NCBI RefSeq assembly: GCF_006345805.1
Contig: NC_043010.1
Coordinates: 3,224,001-3,288,000, forward strand
Reading direction: 5' to 3'
Length of the DNA stretch: 64,000 bases
From: Octopus sinensis
Lineage: Eukaryota
This document shows positions 1 through 12,230 of the stretch, piece by piece; within the stretch, counting starts at the first letter, position 1; each line of letters starts with the position of its first letter. A model generated the notes under the pieces. It searched no databases and had not been told where the DNA came from. It saw only the letters and a list, made by a program, of their open reading frames with translations. The translations under genes and the position numbers were made by a program.

Positions 1-387
1 CATAAAAATAAAATGAAAAAATTAATATACATAATGATTTCAAATTTTGCTACATGGCCACAGTTTCAGGGTGTGGGGAAGTCAATTACATTGACCTCCC
101 TGGGGCTCAACTGATATTCATTTTATTGACACCAAAAGTATGAAAGGCAAAATAAGCCTTGGTGGAATTTGAACTCAGAATGTAAAGATGGACAAAACGC
201 CACTAAGCATTTTTCCCAGTGTGCTAACAATTCTGCTAGCCTGTTTCCTTAATTAGCATGCAGTGATGTAGCTAGAGTGTGTGCTGCCTGGGGCAGTCCT
301 TGAGTTCAATTCCTAACTTCTGTCCCTTTCATTCTTCATCCCTCTTTTTCCTTCTCTTTCACTCTCTCTGCCTATATATATATATAT

Positions 388-632
388 ACCAGAGTAAACA
401 CATAAATGTGAAACAAGGTGGAAAAAAGAGTACTCAAATACCAGTGGTAGAGTAATATGCTTTATTTAAAGCAGCAGAAAATTCCACAAAACCTGTTACC
501 CTGAGTTTCGCGTTGCCGTTCATCGGACAGTTTTTGCTAGAAAAAACTAGCAAAAACTGTCCGACGAATGGCAACGCGAAACTCAGAGTAACAGGTTTTG
601 TGGAATTTTCTGCTGCTTTAAATAAAGTATAT
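388..632 (-). mobile_element. (TA)n-flanked Penelope-pLTR/retrozyme-like element with 81-bp fold-back
   Basis: (TA)n on both sides; inverted arms 460-540 and 547-627 (3 mismatches, 6-nt loop); a hammerhead motif in each arm. The terminal sequence recurs inverted at about 48362-48410. Confidence 0.65.
557..594 (+). ncRNA. Minimal type-I hammerhead ribozyme candidate (mirror copy at 493-530 on the minus strand)
   Basis: ctgt-CCGACGA-atg gcaa cgc-GAAA-ctc a gag-TA-acag: stem I ctgt/acag, U4C core variant, imperfect GNRA-capped stem II, short stem III. Confidence 0.55.
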
Positions 633-759
633 ATATATATCGATACAATTATATGCTCATAACTTACATGAGAATATGATAACAGTATAACATCTCCCTC
701 TCTCACTCTCTCTTCCTTGAATCAAACTGTTTTAATTTCTCAATGCCATCATTAAAAAC

Positions 760-1992
760 GTCAAGTTGGAAAAAAATGATCTGTCACATCTTTGGCATGA
801 TCCCCTTAAGGGTACTTTCTTGATGCTTACCCTTTAAATAAGCAATAAATTTTATATTCTATTTTTTTTTTCTTTCTTTGCAGATTACTTCAAATCTTAG
901 AGGATAAATTTGTATTAATTTTACCCTTTTAAAATGAGTTTAGATCAGATCCATATCAAAGACTTCATGCAGAAATACAAGAGGAGTGAGTTCTTCAACA
1001 ATGAAAGTAGCAAGAAATATTTGTTCTGCCTATGGAAAGTCTTTAGATGTGCCAATAGTAGTTTGGTTAGTTCCACTTGAGAAATTTTTGTGTTGGAAAT
1101 TTCTCTCAATATGGATAACCAATTCTGATAAAATTGTATAAAATTGTAGTTTAGAAAAATCGTAAGCAAACTGCATGAGAATTAGCAAAGATGTTCAATT
1201 CAAGTCACACTTTGATCATAAAATAACTTCATGAACAAAGAAAAGAGTCTAAACTTGGTCAGTGAGGCCCTCGTTATCTGACTGATTCTCAGGTTAGCCC
1301 TCTACTTGTCCTTGAAGAATAGTTTTGCTACTAAACCTTTCTTGGGTAGACTTATCACAATTGATGAAAAGTGGGCTCTTTCTAATCATCTCCAATGCAA
1401 ATGACAATAGTTAACACACAATATAAAAGAAAACCTATCCCCCAAAGCAGAGCTATACTTAATAAATAGTTATGCTCTATGTTAGATAAGATATGAAGAG
1501 TATTGTCTATCAAAAGGTGTTAAACCAAAGTGAAAGAGTTAACATGGATAAATATAGTAATCAATTTGAAGCATTGTACAAACATTTTCAGAAAACGTGC
1601 TCATCATTGGTTAGTTGTAAGAGGATGTTGCTCTTACATGATAATCTGAGACCACATATTACTCAAGTAACTCAGGAAAAGATTATTATGTCTCTAAATA
1701 TGACAGTTTTGCTTCATTCTTCTTATTTTTCTACCTTTACTCCATCTTTTCAGATCTTTGCAACCTTATTTTATGGGAAAACAATTTAATAGTTCTGACG
1801 TGGGTAAAAATGATATTGAGTGTTCAAACCTGAAGGTCGTTATGCCAAATAGATGGGGCATTTTATCATATTATATTAATAATAAATATCATATTATCAT
1901 ATTTTATTAATAATAAATATATCAATTAAAACCAAAGAAATGTTTGTTTCTTTCCCATCTTGAAATATGATGAGACTTTTTTTATAACCTAA
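760..1992 (+). mobile_element. Decayed mariner-family transposon
   Basis: Fragments ITIDEKW (about 1354-1374; cf. mariner TGDEKW) and LLLHDNLRPH...LLHSSYFS (cf. HDNARPH...HPPYSPD), with stops and frameshifts; weak TIR-like ends. Confidence 0.75.
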
Positions 1993-3458
1993 CAGTTAAC
2001 TTATTAGACTATTACTGTTGAAAATAAAAAAGAATTTTTATTTTCAAAGCTGCAACTTATGAGAAATAAACAAAAATATGAATTTGAATTCATGTCTCAT
2101 TAGAAAATTTATAAATAAACGTTTGTTTCTTTTTAGCTTAGTTTCATAATTTTCATTTATCTCTCTTATCTATTTATCTATCTGTCTGATGTGTGTATGT
2201 CTGTGTGTGTGTCTGTATGTCTGTGTATACATACCAGTCTGTCTATTTTTCGTTCTCTATTTTTTCCTTTTTCTCCTCTCTTGTTCTCTCTCATCAGTTT
2301 CTTTCCTTCCATCATTTCCGAAAGGTTGAATAATTAATTTCTTACATCCACTTTTCAAGTAATCTACTCCACACCCTTTCATAAAAGCAAGTAAAACTAC
2401 AGGTGTCAATGTAGGACATACCTTGTTGATTGCCCATGACATCCAATAACCATCCGAAATAGATTTGTCTTACATTTTAAGACGACATCAATTCCTAATT
2501 AGACCTGGATTCACCATGTCAATACAACAAAAGTTAAGAGCAAACCTTATCAAGATGCAGCTTTTATCTCCTTACTACATGACCAGTTGTATGTCACTCT
2601 TTGTAGAGTTAGGGATCTTTCACATTAGAAACTTTTTACTGATCAAAATCATTTCACTAAATGAAAAGAATGTTTCAGACATCTCAGTTATGAAAATGTT
2701 AAATTCACAAACACTCTTACATACACAGACAGTGTCTGATTGAAAAGATGTCCTGTTTAGGAAATATTGTCTACAGAAAAAAAGAGGAAAGGTAAAAAAA
2801 AATACATATTTTGTTCTATTAAATGTTTCTTTTATTTGAATTATTGCTTTACCTTTTTATTTCTTTCTCCTTTTTTCTTCTTCTTTTTTTTTTTTGTGGG
2901 GTGTTTAAACATATATCAGTGAAGTGAAATATTACTAATTCTGTGTAGAAAACAATGAGCCATATATTAATGTTTACATGGAAATGTGGCCATTACCTTG
3001 TTACTACAATTGCCTCAAATGTTGGAGCAGCTACCACTAAACCTTGCCTATGGTTAGAAAACTCATCATCACCATCACCCCTATCACAACAACTGCAAGA
3101 AGGAACTTAAGAGTCGTAGGCCTGAAATTTTGGTGCAAGGAGCTAAGTGATTAAATTGATCCCATTATTCAACTGGTACTGATTTTAACAGCCCTGAAAA
3201 TATAAAAGGCAAAGTCAACCTCAGCAGAGTTTTAACTCAGAACTTAAAGCTGGAAGCATTTTGTACATCATACTAATGATTTTGTTATAGTTTGCCACCT
3301 TAAATAGTAATTACAATAGTAAAATTATCTTGTTAACCTTGAAGAATTTCATGAATGTTTTTCATTAAACATGTTTGTTAATCTCCTCTTCATTTTTATG
3401 CATGTTCCCCAACATGAATATAACTTTTATTTTAAGATAGGAAAAAAATCATCAAGTA

Positions 3459-3631
3459 CTATATTCAATGACATATAAGATGCACTTTTTGTGAAAAAAA
3501 TGTCTCAAAAAATAGCCCCTGGTCAGCCTCCGAAAAGCTTTAAGTCATGAAAAGCTTTTTACCTGAATATACACTGTTGAAATTGGGATGTATGTAATAT
3601 ACCCACGTGTCTTTTATGCCATAGAATATGG
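3459..3631. mobile_element. MITE, Tc1/mariner-pogo type
   Basis: Imperfect ~25-bp TIRs (ctatattcaatgacatataagatgcac / gtgtcttttatgccatagaatatgg) flanked by TA on both sides. Confidence 0.6.
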
Positions 3632-5574
3632 TATTCCTCAAACCTAGAATAATAAAGATAATAACAAAACAAAAAAAGTACAATTTGACCATTTAGGAAT
3701 CAGAAATAGCAACAAGAGAAAATATCTTTACAAAAGGAAAAACTAGAGAAACGAGATCCTGATAAAAACAGTCCAACAAAAAAAAAATAATAAAAGAAGA
3801 AAAAAACAAGATAGATTGAGTGTAATCATGAATAAATTTAATAGAATCCAAGAATACATTAGAACTGATAATATAACAGAGACAAACAAGCTAATAAATG
3901 ATGCTTGAATTTGTATAACAGAGAAATTAGGAATTAAGAGACAAACAAACTAAAATGCTGGAGCCATATTGGAAAAAGTTGGATCAAAATAACATCAAAA
4001 GACTTTATTGCCAGACTTTGTAGCATTTTAGACTAAAAAGTCAAACAGCTAGTTGAAAAAAAAAATACATCACAATGTTTGATCCTTGATAAACAATAAA
4101 GGATAAATAATAAAAAAAAAAGAACTCTTGCAATAATAGAGGAATTTAAACAGAGACTCATGGTCCAAACAAGCAAAATTAGAAGATTTTAAAAGGGATA
4201 GAACAATATAGCCAGGATTTTGTGATCCATACAGAACAAAAGCAATTTTACCAAGAGATAGACAAAACTGAAAAACTGGAAAGGTCATATCTAATGTTGA
4301 AGAATGAAAATGCTATTTGAATGCAAAAAGTATGGCCTATTGTAAACAAGGATGACCAATCTGACAGAAAAACAAATAAAGATAAACTATAGTGGACATT
4401 ATAAATTATACTCAGAGGGAAACATTGGTCCTTGCATGATCTTTATACTGTGTTGTAGACTGAGTAATATGGTCCTCAGTTAGATGAAAGCAAGGTATAT
4501 CTACGGATCACCCTAGTTATTCAGCCACCCACCACCTTTACTTATTCTCTTATTTTTCTGATGAAGTACTTGCATCCAAAACATCAAAACTCTTTGCTTT
4601 CGTTTTAAGCATTAAACTAATACTTTATTAAAATTTGTCCCTCCCATGTTGCCTTCTTTTTGTGTTCTTTGCCTAACATACCTTATGTTTATGGATCAGA
4701 CTGGCTTCCAGCTACTTAGCAACAAAAACAACTCATTTGGAAAATCTAAGATATTTATGAATAACAAGAGCAATGGCTAGGAAAAAAATTACTTTTCTGT
4801 CATAGAAGAATAATTAAGCATTTTAATGATCTCATGTGAAACTAAGAACCTTTCTCAGAATGAAGAATATATAATAGAAAACAGAGGTATTACAGCCGAC
4901 AAATAATGTGTAAGTTATTGACTGTGGCACTAACAAAAAGCATAATCATCGTTATACATTTATTCTCCATGCTGGCATGGGTTGGACAGGTCATCAAAGT
5001 CCAATTTAGTTCTTACTTGGAGCTACTACTCTTATAGCCTGGTTCTGGTACAAGATACATATCTGTGTGTGCGTTCACACACACACATACACATATGATA
5101 TACGTTTGTGTATATGTGTGTGTATTGAAGAAAGCCATTTAATTAACTTTGAATTTTTGAAAATTCTACAATATTGAACACATTTTTGATTACCAAGAAA
5201 ATAAATTTAAATTTGATTATAAAAGCTAGGCACACATTATATAAGGGGGTTAAAGTAGCAGCCCCGTGTTATGGTTGCAGCCCTGTATTATTGCAAAATT
5301 TAAATGAATGTAATTGGCATTGACTATTTACATTACAGTAACAAAATTATATATTTTTCATTAATATAATAAAATGCATCTCTCATCATGTGCACACACA
5401 CACACACATAGATAACTATATACATATAAATATATAAACATTTATATTTATATAGATATATATATACAGAAATATATGCATATCTATATATGTATAAGCT
5501 TGTATGTATATGCATATACATACATACATACATACATACCTTCATACACATACATACATACATACATACATACA

Positions 5575-5610
<36 letters not shown>

Positions 5611-7475
5611 TATGCATATATATATTATTATTATTAATAATAATAATAATAATGATGATGATGATAATAATAATAATAATAATAACAACAATAATAATAG
5701 TAGTAGTAGTAGTAGTAGTAGTAGAGAGGAAAGAATGCCGAAGGAAGATGGATAGATAAATTAGTGAAAGCTAAATTAATACAGCAGCATTGCAGGAAGC
5801 AACATTGAAATCTCATTAAGGCATGGATCACTTATGATATTATGATTCCCTAATTTGTAGATAATAGAATGCTGAGAGATAATGGAGAATATAAGAAAGC
5901 TGATTATAAAGGAGTTGGCAAATTGGAAAATAAAATTAAGCTATTCTGTTAAAGAAATAAGAAATATTACGATCGCTACAGTACTTTTTAAGGTGAAAGT
6001 TCACCCCAGCCACCATTCAACTTTGCAATAAGCATGACACCTTTAACTCTGATATTAGTTTCAAATTTTGGCACAAAGCCAGCAATTTCAGGGAGGGGGA
6101 CAAGTCGATTAAATTGACCCTGGTATTCCGCTGATACTCATTTAATAGACCTGCAAAGGGATGAAAGACAAAGTCAACCTTGGCAGAGAGTTCAGAACAC
6201 AAAGACAGATGAAATACCACTAAGCATTTTGCCAGCTCGATGCTTTACCTTTAATTCTGATATTAAGAATGATATGGAATGAGTACATTATGAAATGATA
6301 TGTATGCAAACTTGTTCCAAGCTCATGTGTATGTGACTTGGTAGCATGAACCTTGCTTTCATCAATTGTTGTAGGTGCCCTGAATTTGGATTGAATAAAA
6401 CATTGAAGATGTAACAGTTGGAATAGAGAAGACTATGCCAGTGCTCAACTTGTACACATTTGCAGCTCAGTAGACTGCGTCAACATGAACTGAAGTGCCT
6501 TGCTCAAGAACACAATGTGCTGTCAATCTTCTTTTCTTTACGGATGACTTGAAACCAGTCACAGTTTATTACATAAGTCTTTTGTGAATGCGGATGGCCT
6601 AGCGTTTAGGATGATTCACTCATGATCATATGACTGTGTATACAATTTCTGAACTGAGCAACAAGCTGTGTCCTTGAGTAAGGCCCATTATTTTATGTTG
6701 CTCTTGTCTACTCAGTGGTACTGAGGACCAGTTAGGTGCCATCCTATCTTCTGCTTGATGTCAAATCCTTGATGTTACTCTGGATTAAGAATGAAAGAGC
6801 CAAGAGTGGGTGGGGACCTCTTCTTGTGATTACACAGGTGCCTAAAACAATTAACAAAAGCATTGTATATAATCTCTAATCCCTACTCACTCATGAGTGA
6901 TAACTGACTGTGCTGTGAATAGCTCTTCATCATCCAACAAGAATTCAGATGTTCGATCAACCGAACTACCTATTCTTAATATAACATGTAAGAAGCTGAG
7001 TGTTGTAAAAGCATGTTTATTCTTAGTATAATATTCAGGCAGAATCAACAAGATGCATTGTGTATGATGAAGTCAAAACTGGCTGTCCTGGCAAGAGCCG
7101 CCAAGTATTGATGACCACCCCTACTGAAAGCTTTCAAGTGATACAAACTAATGAAATCTTAAGACACATGCCCACATATGACAGGCTTCCACATAGTTTC
7201 TATTTACCAAATTCACTCACAAGGATTTGGTCAGCCCATGGCTAAAATAAAAGATACTTGGCCAATGTGACATGCGGTGTCAAAACAAGCTCCTTAACCA
7301 AGTGGGCATGTCCGTACCTGTGAGCATTTACTCAATATATGGCTCAGCTGGCAAGAACAATGAAAATGAGTGAGTTTCACTCAGCAGGGTCTTAGGAATG
7401 AAGGGTAACCTGGTTCCTTGAATAGAATGGAGTTACTTGAAAGGTCCTTCCAAAATTCTTTTATCTATTACACTA

Positions 7476-7694
7476 CCCTTTAGCATTTAAATTGGCCATG
7501 TTCGGCCCAGATATTCTACCGGTTTTATGTTCAAGTGAGCCAGATGCAACCTCTCATACCTACCCTACAATGTCATTGCAAAAATAAACAATCAGTCATT
7601 GAAATCTTGAAGCTACAGGATAATGCATGATTAATTCAAAACAATGTGAGTAAATAAGCATAACATTTGACAGAGTAATCTGAATGCTAAGGGG
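7476..7694. mobile_element. piggyBac-like MITE (partial second copy at about 57280-57410)
   Basis: Ends ccctttagcatt / aatgctaagggg followed by TTAA; the internal sequence recurs at 57.3 kb. Confidence 0.6.
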
Positions 7695-8542
7695 TTAAGG
7701 GAGATTCTAACATTACATGGGAATTTTTCCTTTTAGTTACTTAGAGAACTGGAGGTGCTGACACAGTAATACACTGGCTTCAGTATTTGATCCTCAGAAG
7801 GGAAGTTAGTAAAAAAAGCCAAACTTGCTATCTCCAGTTCAGTTTTCATACTTATTCTTATGAATGTTAGGTAATGATCGAAAGAGCACCATGACAAGTA
7901 CATGTGGCCAAAATGAAGTTCTTCCTGACATCTTTGAAATAATGTTACTTGACAGGAGGTGCATAGTTCAGAGATCAGGAGTCTGTCCAAGTTGAGTTGC
8001 TACTTCTCCACATTGAGAGGACACAGCTCTAGTAATGTGGACATGTGGTTAGACTGTCACAGGAAAGGATTGCAAGACAGATTCTTCAAGTTAAGTCAAC
8101 TGGCAGGAGTACACTAAGAACAAGATGGTTTGGATAACCAGTGTGGAAGAGGTACCTGAGGACTCTACCCTCACAACTCTCCCATGAAGAGAAAATGAAT
8201 GGATGGATGGATTGAGTTTTATATTGTTGTTTGATGTTGTCTTTATTGGAAGCTTGTTTGGGCGAGTTTTAGAGAAGAGCTCCTCCAAGTTCTCATTTGT
8301 TCATATATTTTTAGGTATCTTGTTTTATATCTCATTAAATTAATGTTATTTCTGTTTACAACAGAGAATTTGATGAGGTGTGTTTGTCATGTGTTTGGAC
8401 AACTACAACAGCAACAATAGCAACTGTTATAGTTGTTTTTGCTGTTTTGTTTGGTGTTATTGCTGTGGTTGTTATTTATGTGTTACCATCTTGTTTTTGT
8501 TGGTGTGGTTGTGAGTTTGACAATTGATGTTTTTGTTGTTTC

Positions 8543-8768
8543 ATGGTGGTGGTGGTGGTGGTGGTGATGGTGGTGGTGGTGGTTATGGTGGTAGTGGTGG
8601 TGGTGGTGTGGTGGTGGTGGTGGTGATGGTGGTGGTGATGGTGGTGGTGGTGGTAGTGGTGATGGTGGTGGTGGTGGTGGTGGTAGTGGTGTGGTGGTGG
8701 TGGTGGTGGTGGTAGTGGTGGTGGTGGTGGTGGAGGTGGTGGTGGTGGAGGTGGTCGGTGGTGGTGAT
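8543..8768. repeat. (GGT)n microsatellite
   Basis: Directly visible; similar tracts at 24060-24550 (CAC/CAT) and 52848-53450. Confidence 0.9.
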
Positions 8769-9129
8769 GCTGATGGGGATGTGGAGCAGGTTGATGGGCC
8801 CTTTACCACATCACGGAGTCTACTGTCTTTCATCTTGGTATAGTAATTGTGGTTTAATCTTATTCTTTGCTCATCTACAACTGCCTCTTGTGATGAACTT
8901 GTCTTGGACCATGTTACTCTACAAGAAATTCGAGCCTGAGAGCTCTGGAACTGAAGAAAGAGATACAGATGTACATATGTGTGTGTGCATGTATGTGTTT
9001 GTGTTCGGTGAACTTGTGAGGAGGAGTCTTTTTGTTGTAGTTGTGGTAGTAGTATAACTGTCCTTTGGAATTGCTGTTTGGTCTCTGCTACTGTTGCTGG
9101 TACTGCAGCTTTCATTGTTACTGCTGTCA

Positions 9130-9545
9130 TTTTTTTGTTGTTGATATTGTTGCTGTTGTAGTTATTGCTGTTGATATTGTTGTACCTGCTGCAACTTCAG
9201 AGTTGTCTTCAGTGTCAGCTGTTAGTCTTTTGCCTTCTGCTGTGGGTAAAAGTTCCTTTGGTGGTTGGTAGCACCACATATACAGAACCTGTACCTTCTT
9301 CCTTCTTCTACTGCTATGAGCCATGCCAAATGTTGTTTTGCAACTTCATTAAGTTAGGGATGGTTTTGAGCTTTCTCTGATTTGTTTGAATCAAAAGATC
9401 TATCCCAATAGAGTATCAGTTCTCCTCATGTAGCTCATGAATTTCCAATACTCTCTTGTCCTATTTCTGCTGCTCACCAAAAATTGCTCCATCAGCTGTC
9501 AGACATTTACTTCTGGCAAGCACATCCACTACCTTCACTCATGCC
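9130..9545 (-). pseudogene. Decayed LINE ORF1-like (gag zinc-knuckle) fragment
   Basis: Minus-strand translation with stops and a frameshift: ...GIDLLIQTNQRKLKTIPNLMKL / WLIAVEEGRRYRFCICGATNHQRNFYP, a degenerate CX2CX4HX4C followed by low-complexity sequence. Confidence 0.45.
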
Positions 9546-9547
9546 TA

Positions 9548-9805
9548 TCATCATCATCATCATCATCATCATCATTTAGCGTCCACTTTCCATGCTAGCA
9601 TGGATTGGACGGTTCAACTGGGGTCTGGGAAGCCAGAAGGCTGCATCAGGCCCAGTCTGATTTGGCAGTGTTTCTACGGCTGGATGCCCTTCCTAACGCC
9701 AACCACTCCGTGAGTGTAGTGGGTGCTTTTTACGTGCCACCCGCCCAGGTGCCAGATGGGGCTGGCAAACGGCCACGAATGGATGGTGCTTTTTACGTGC
9801 CACCG
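9548..9805 (-). mobile_element. RTE-type LINE 3' end with (ATG)n tail
   Basis: Same 3' sequence (..GGATGCCCTTCCTAACGCCAACCACTCC..) as found attached to RT fragments at 41.9-43.8 kb. Further short copies at 32985-33177(+), 41665-41820(-), 57487-57657(+) and 60728-60865(+). Confidence 0.75.
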
Positions 9806-11804
9806 GAGGATCAGCTCTTTGCACATGGTTGGAGTGGAGGAGTGGAATGGCTCTCACCTTGTCCTCAAGCTTGGTGTATTCCTGAGACAAAACACCTAAC
9901 CATATAAGAATATCTCACACAAGCTCCGACAAAATATAAAATTAGAGATACAAAAACATAACAAAGCTGTTCCATGTATGCCTCGCTGCCAATTTCAGCT
10001 CCTAGGAAGTTCCACCTGTCTTGTATAATAACGATGTAAAAATTCTATAGAACTTTAGCATATTGTCAGATCACTAGACAGACCCACCACCACCAACAAT
10101 AGCATACTGTTGACATAGAAATGTCAAATAACTATAACATTGCGTATGATTAGCTGAAAATTACGAAATTACACCCATCTAGTTGGTGAACTACAAACAT
10201 TATGTGAGTTAAGGAATATGTTTGGCAAGATTGGAATGACATGAAGCCATTTCTAAGACATCAACAAGGATACAAACAATGACGGTTACATTCAAAGAAT
10301 AGCAATACTAAGACCTGTAAACATTATTAGGGCTTTCTCACACAACATTTTATTGATCTTGAACATTTTTTGTAAACTGAAAATGTATTTTTGTTAAACA
10401 TTAACATTCATGTTATCCATGAACAATCATGTTAACCTTAAACATCCCTGTTCATCCTGAACACAAGTTTACTCACATAATTTCCACAGAATATTTTGAT
10501 TCACCTGAATATTTTTATTAACCTTATCCTCAACTGTAAACATCCTGTTTAGCCGTCAACACTCCAAGATATACCTAATTTTTATTCCAAAAGGAGAAAC
10601 TCAATGTATTTTTCAAACCGATGGTGGTGTATTTGCATCCCTGTAACTTAGCAGTTCCACAAAAGAGACCGATAGAATAAGTACTAGGCTTTCAAAGAAT
10701 AAGTCCTGGGATCGATTTGTTCGACTAAAGGCGGTGCTCCAGCATGGCCACAGTCAAGTGACTGAAACAAGTAAAAGAGTAAAAGAATAATGATTTATTA
10801 CATTATCATTATAAAGTGAAGATGCATGACCTAGTGGTTAGGATGTGGCACTTGTGAATGCTAGATCATGGGTTCAATCCCCAGGCCAAGTGGCATGTTG
10901 TGTTCTTGAGCAAAACACTTCATTTTATGTTGCTTCAATCCATTTGATTCCATTGTAAATCGGTAACCCTGCAATGCACTAGTCTTCGGATCAGAGAGAA
11001 TATTGGCCTACCAAACTAACCAGCTGGGTGGCATCATATGAAAGCTAAACTGATGCAAGCACATTCTCACCAGTTTTAGCAACATCCGCTCAATCACATG
11101 ATCACGTGGTTATAATAAAGATTTATTACATGGGCTCAAATGTTACACAAATTTCCAAGGAAGAGTTATTGTCAGGTGAATATACTCCAGTAACAGGTTG
11201 TTCCTTTCTTTTCTTTTCCATTTGACAGTAACTAGAGAGACGAAAGGTAGAGTCAACCTTGGTAGGATTTGAACTCAAAACGTTGAAAGATAAAATAACA
11301 ATTATAAAAAAAACATAATTGATATTCCACAGAATATTATATTTAATCTACCACTAATGCAATTAGTTTAGTGTAAGTTCTGAATATACTCAGAAAGAAA
11401 ATATTGTACAAATGATATATTTTTGTGTGAATGCAGGCCTGGCTGTGTTGTAAAAATGTTCACTTTGCATCCATGTGGTTCTGGGTTCCGTTCCTCTGTG
11501 CAGCACCTTGGGGCAAGTGTCTTCTATTATAGCTTCAGGATGACCAATGCCTTGTGAGTGAATCTGGTAGATGGAAACTGTGTGGAATCCCATCATATAC
11601 ACACACACATACACATGCACATATTTACATATATGTATAATTATCTGTATGAGTCTTTGTGTCTGTTTGTCACACACCCCATTCCCGACCATTGCTCGGC
11701 AACCAGAGTTGGTTTACTTATGTCCCAGGAATCTAGCATTTCAGCAAAAGAAGATCAATACGTTAAGTATCAGACTGAAAAAATAAACATAACAGTCGAT
11801 TACG

Positions 11805-11968
11805 TAGGCCTAACTGTTTGGTAAGAAGCTTGCCTCTCAACCACACGGTTCTGGGTTCAGTCCCACTGTGTGGCTCCTTGGGCAAGTGTCTTCTAGTATA
11901 GCCTCGGGCCAACCAAAGCCTTGTGAGTGGATTTGGTAGATGGAAACTGAAAGAAAGCTGTCATATAC

Positions 11969-12018
<50 letters not shown>

Positions 12019-12230
12019 ATATATGAATGTGTGTGTCTTTGTGTCTGTGTTTGTAACTCCGTCACTGCTTGACAACTGGTGCTGGTGTGTTTATGTAACT
12101 TAGCAGTTTGACAAAAAGAGACTGATAGAATAAGTACTAGGCTTAAAAAAGAAGTCCTGGGGTCAATTTATTCCCCAGTGGTGCTCTAGCATGTCCACAG
12201 TCAAATGACCGAAACAAATAAAAGAATAAG
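11805..12230 (+). mobile_element. CORE-type SINE copy
   Basis: Aligns end to end with 56563-56980. Confidence 0.8.

Noticed and set aside
8483-9130. 215-aa Pro/Thr/His-rich ORF as a host gene
   Set aside because: Mostly (CCA)n and (CA)n repeats inside a decayed retroelement-like block.
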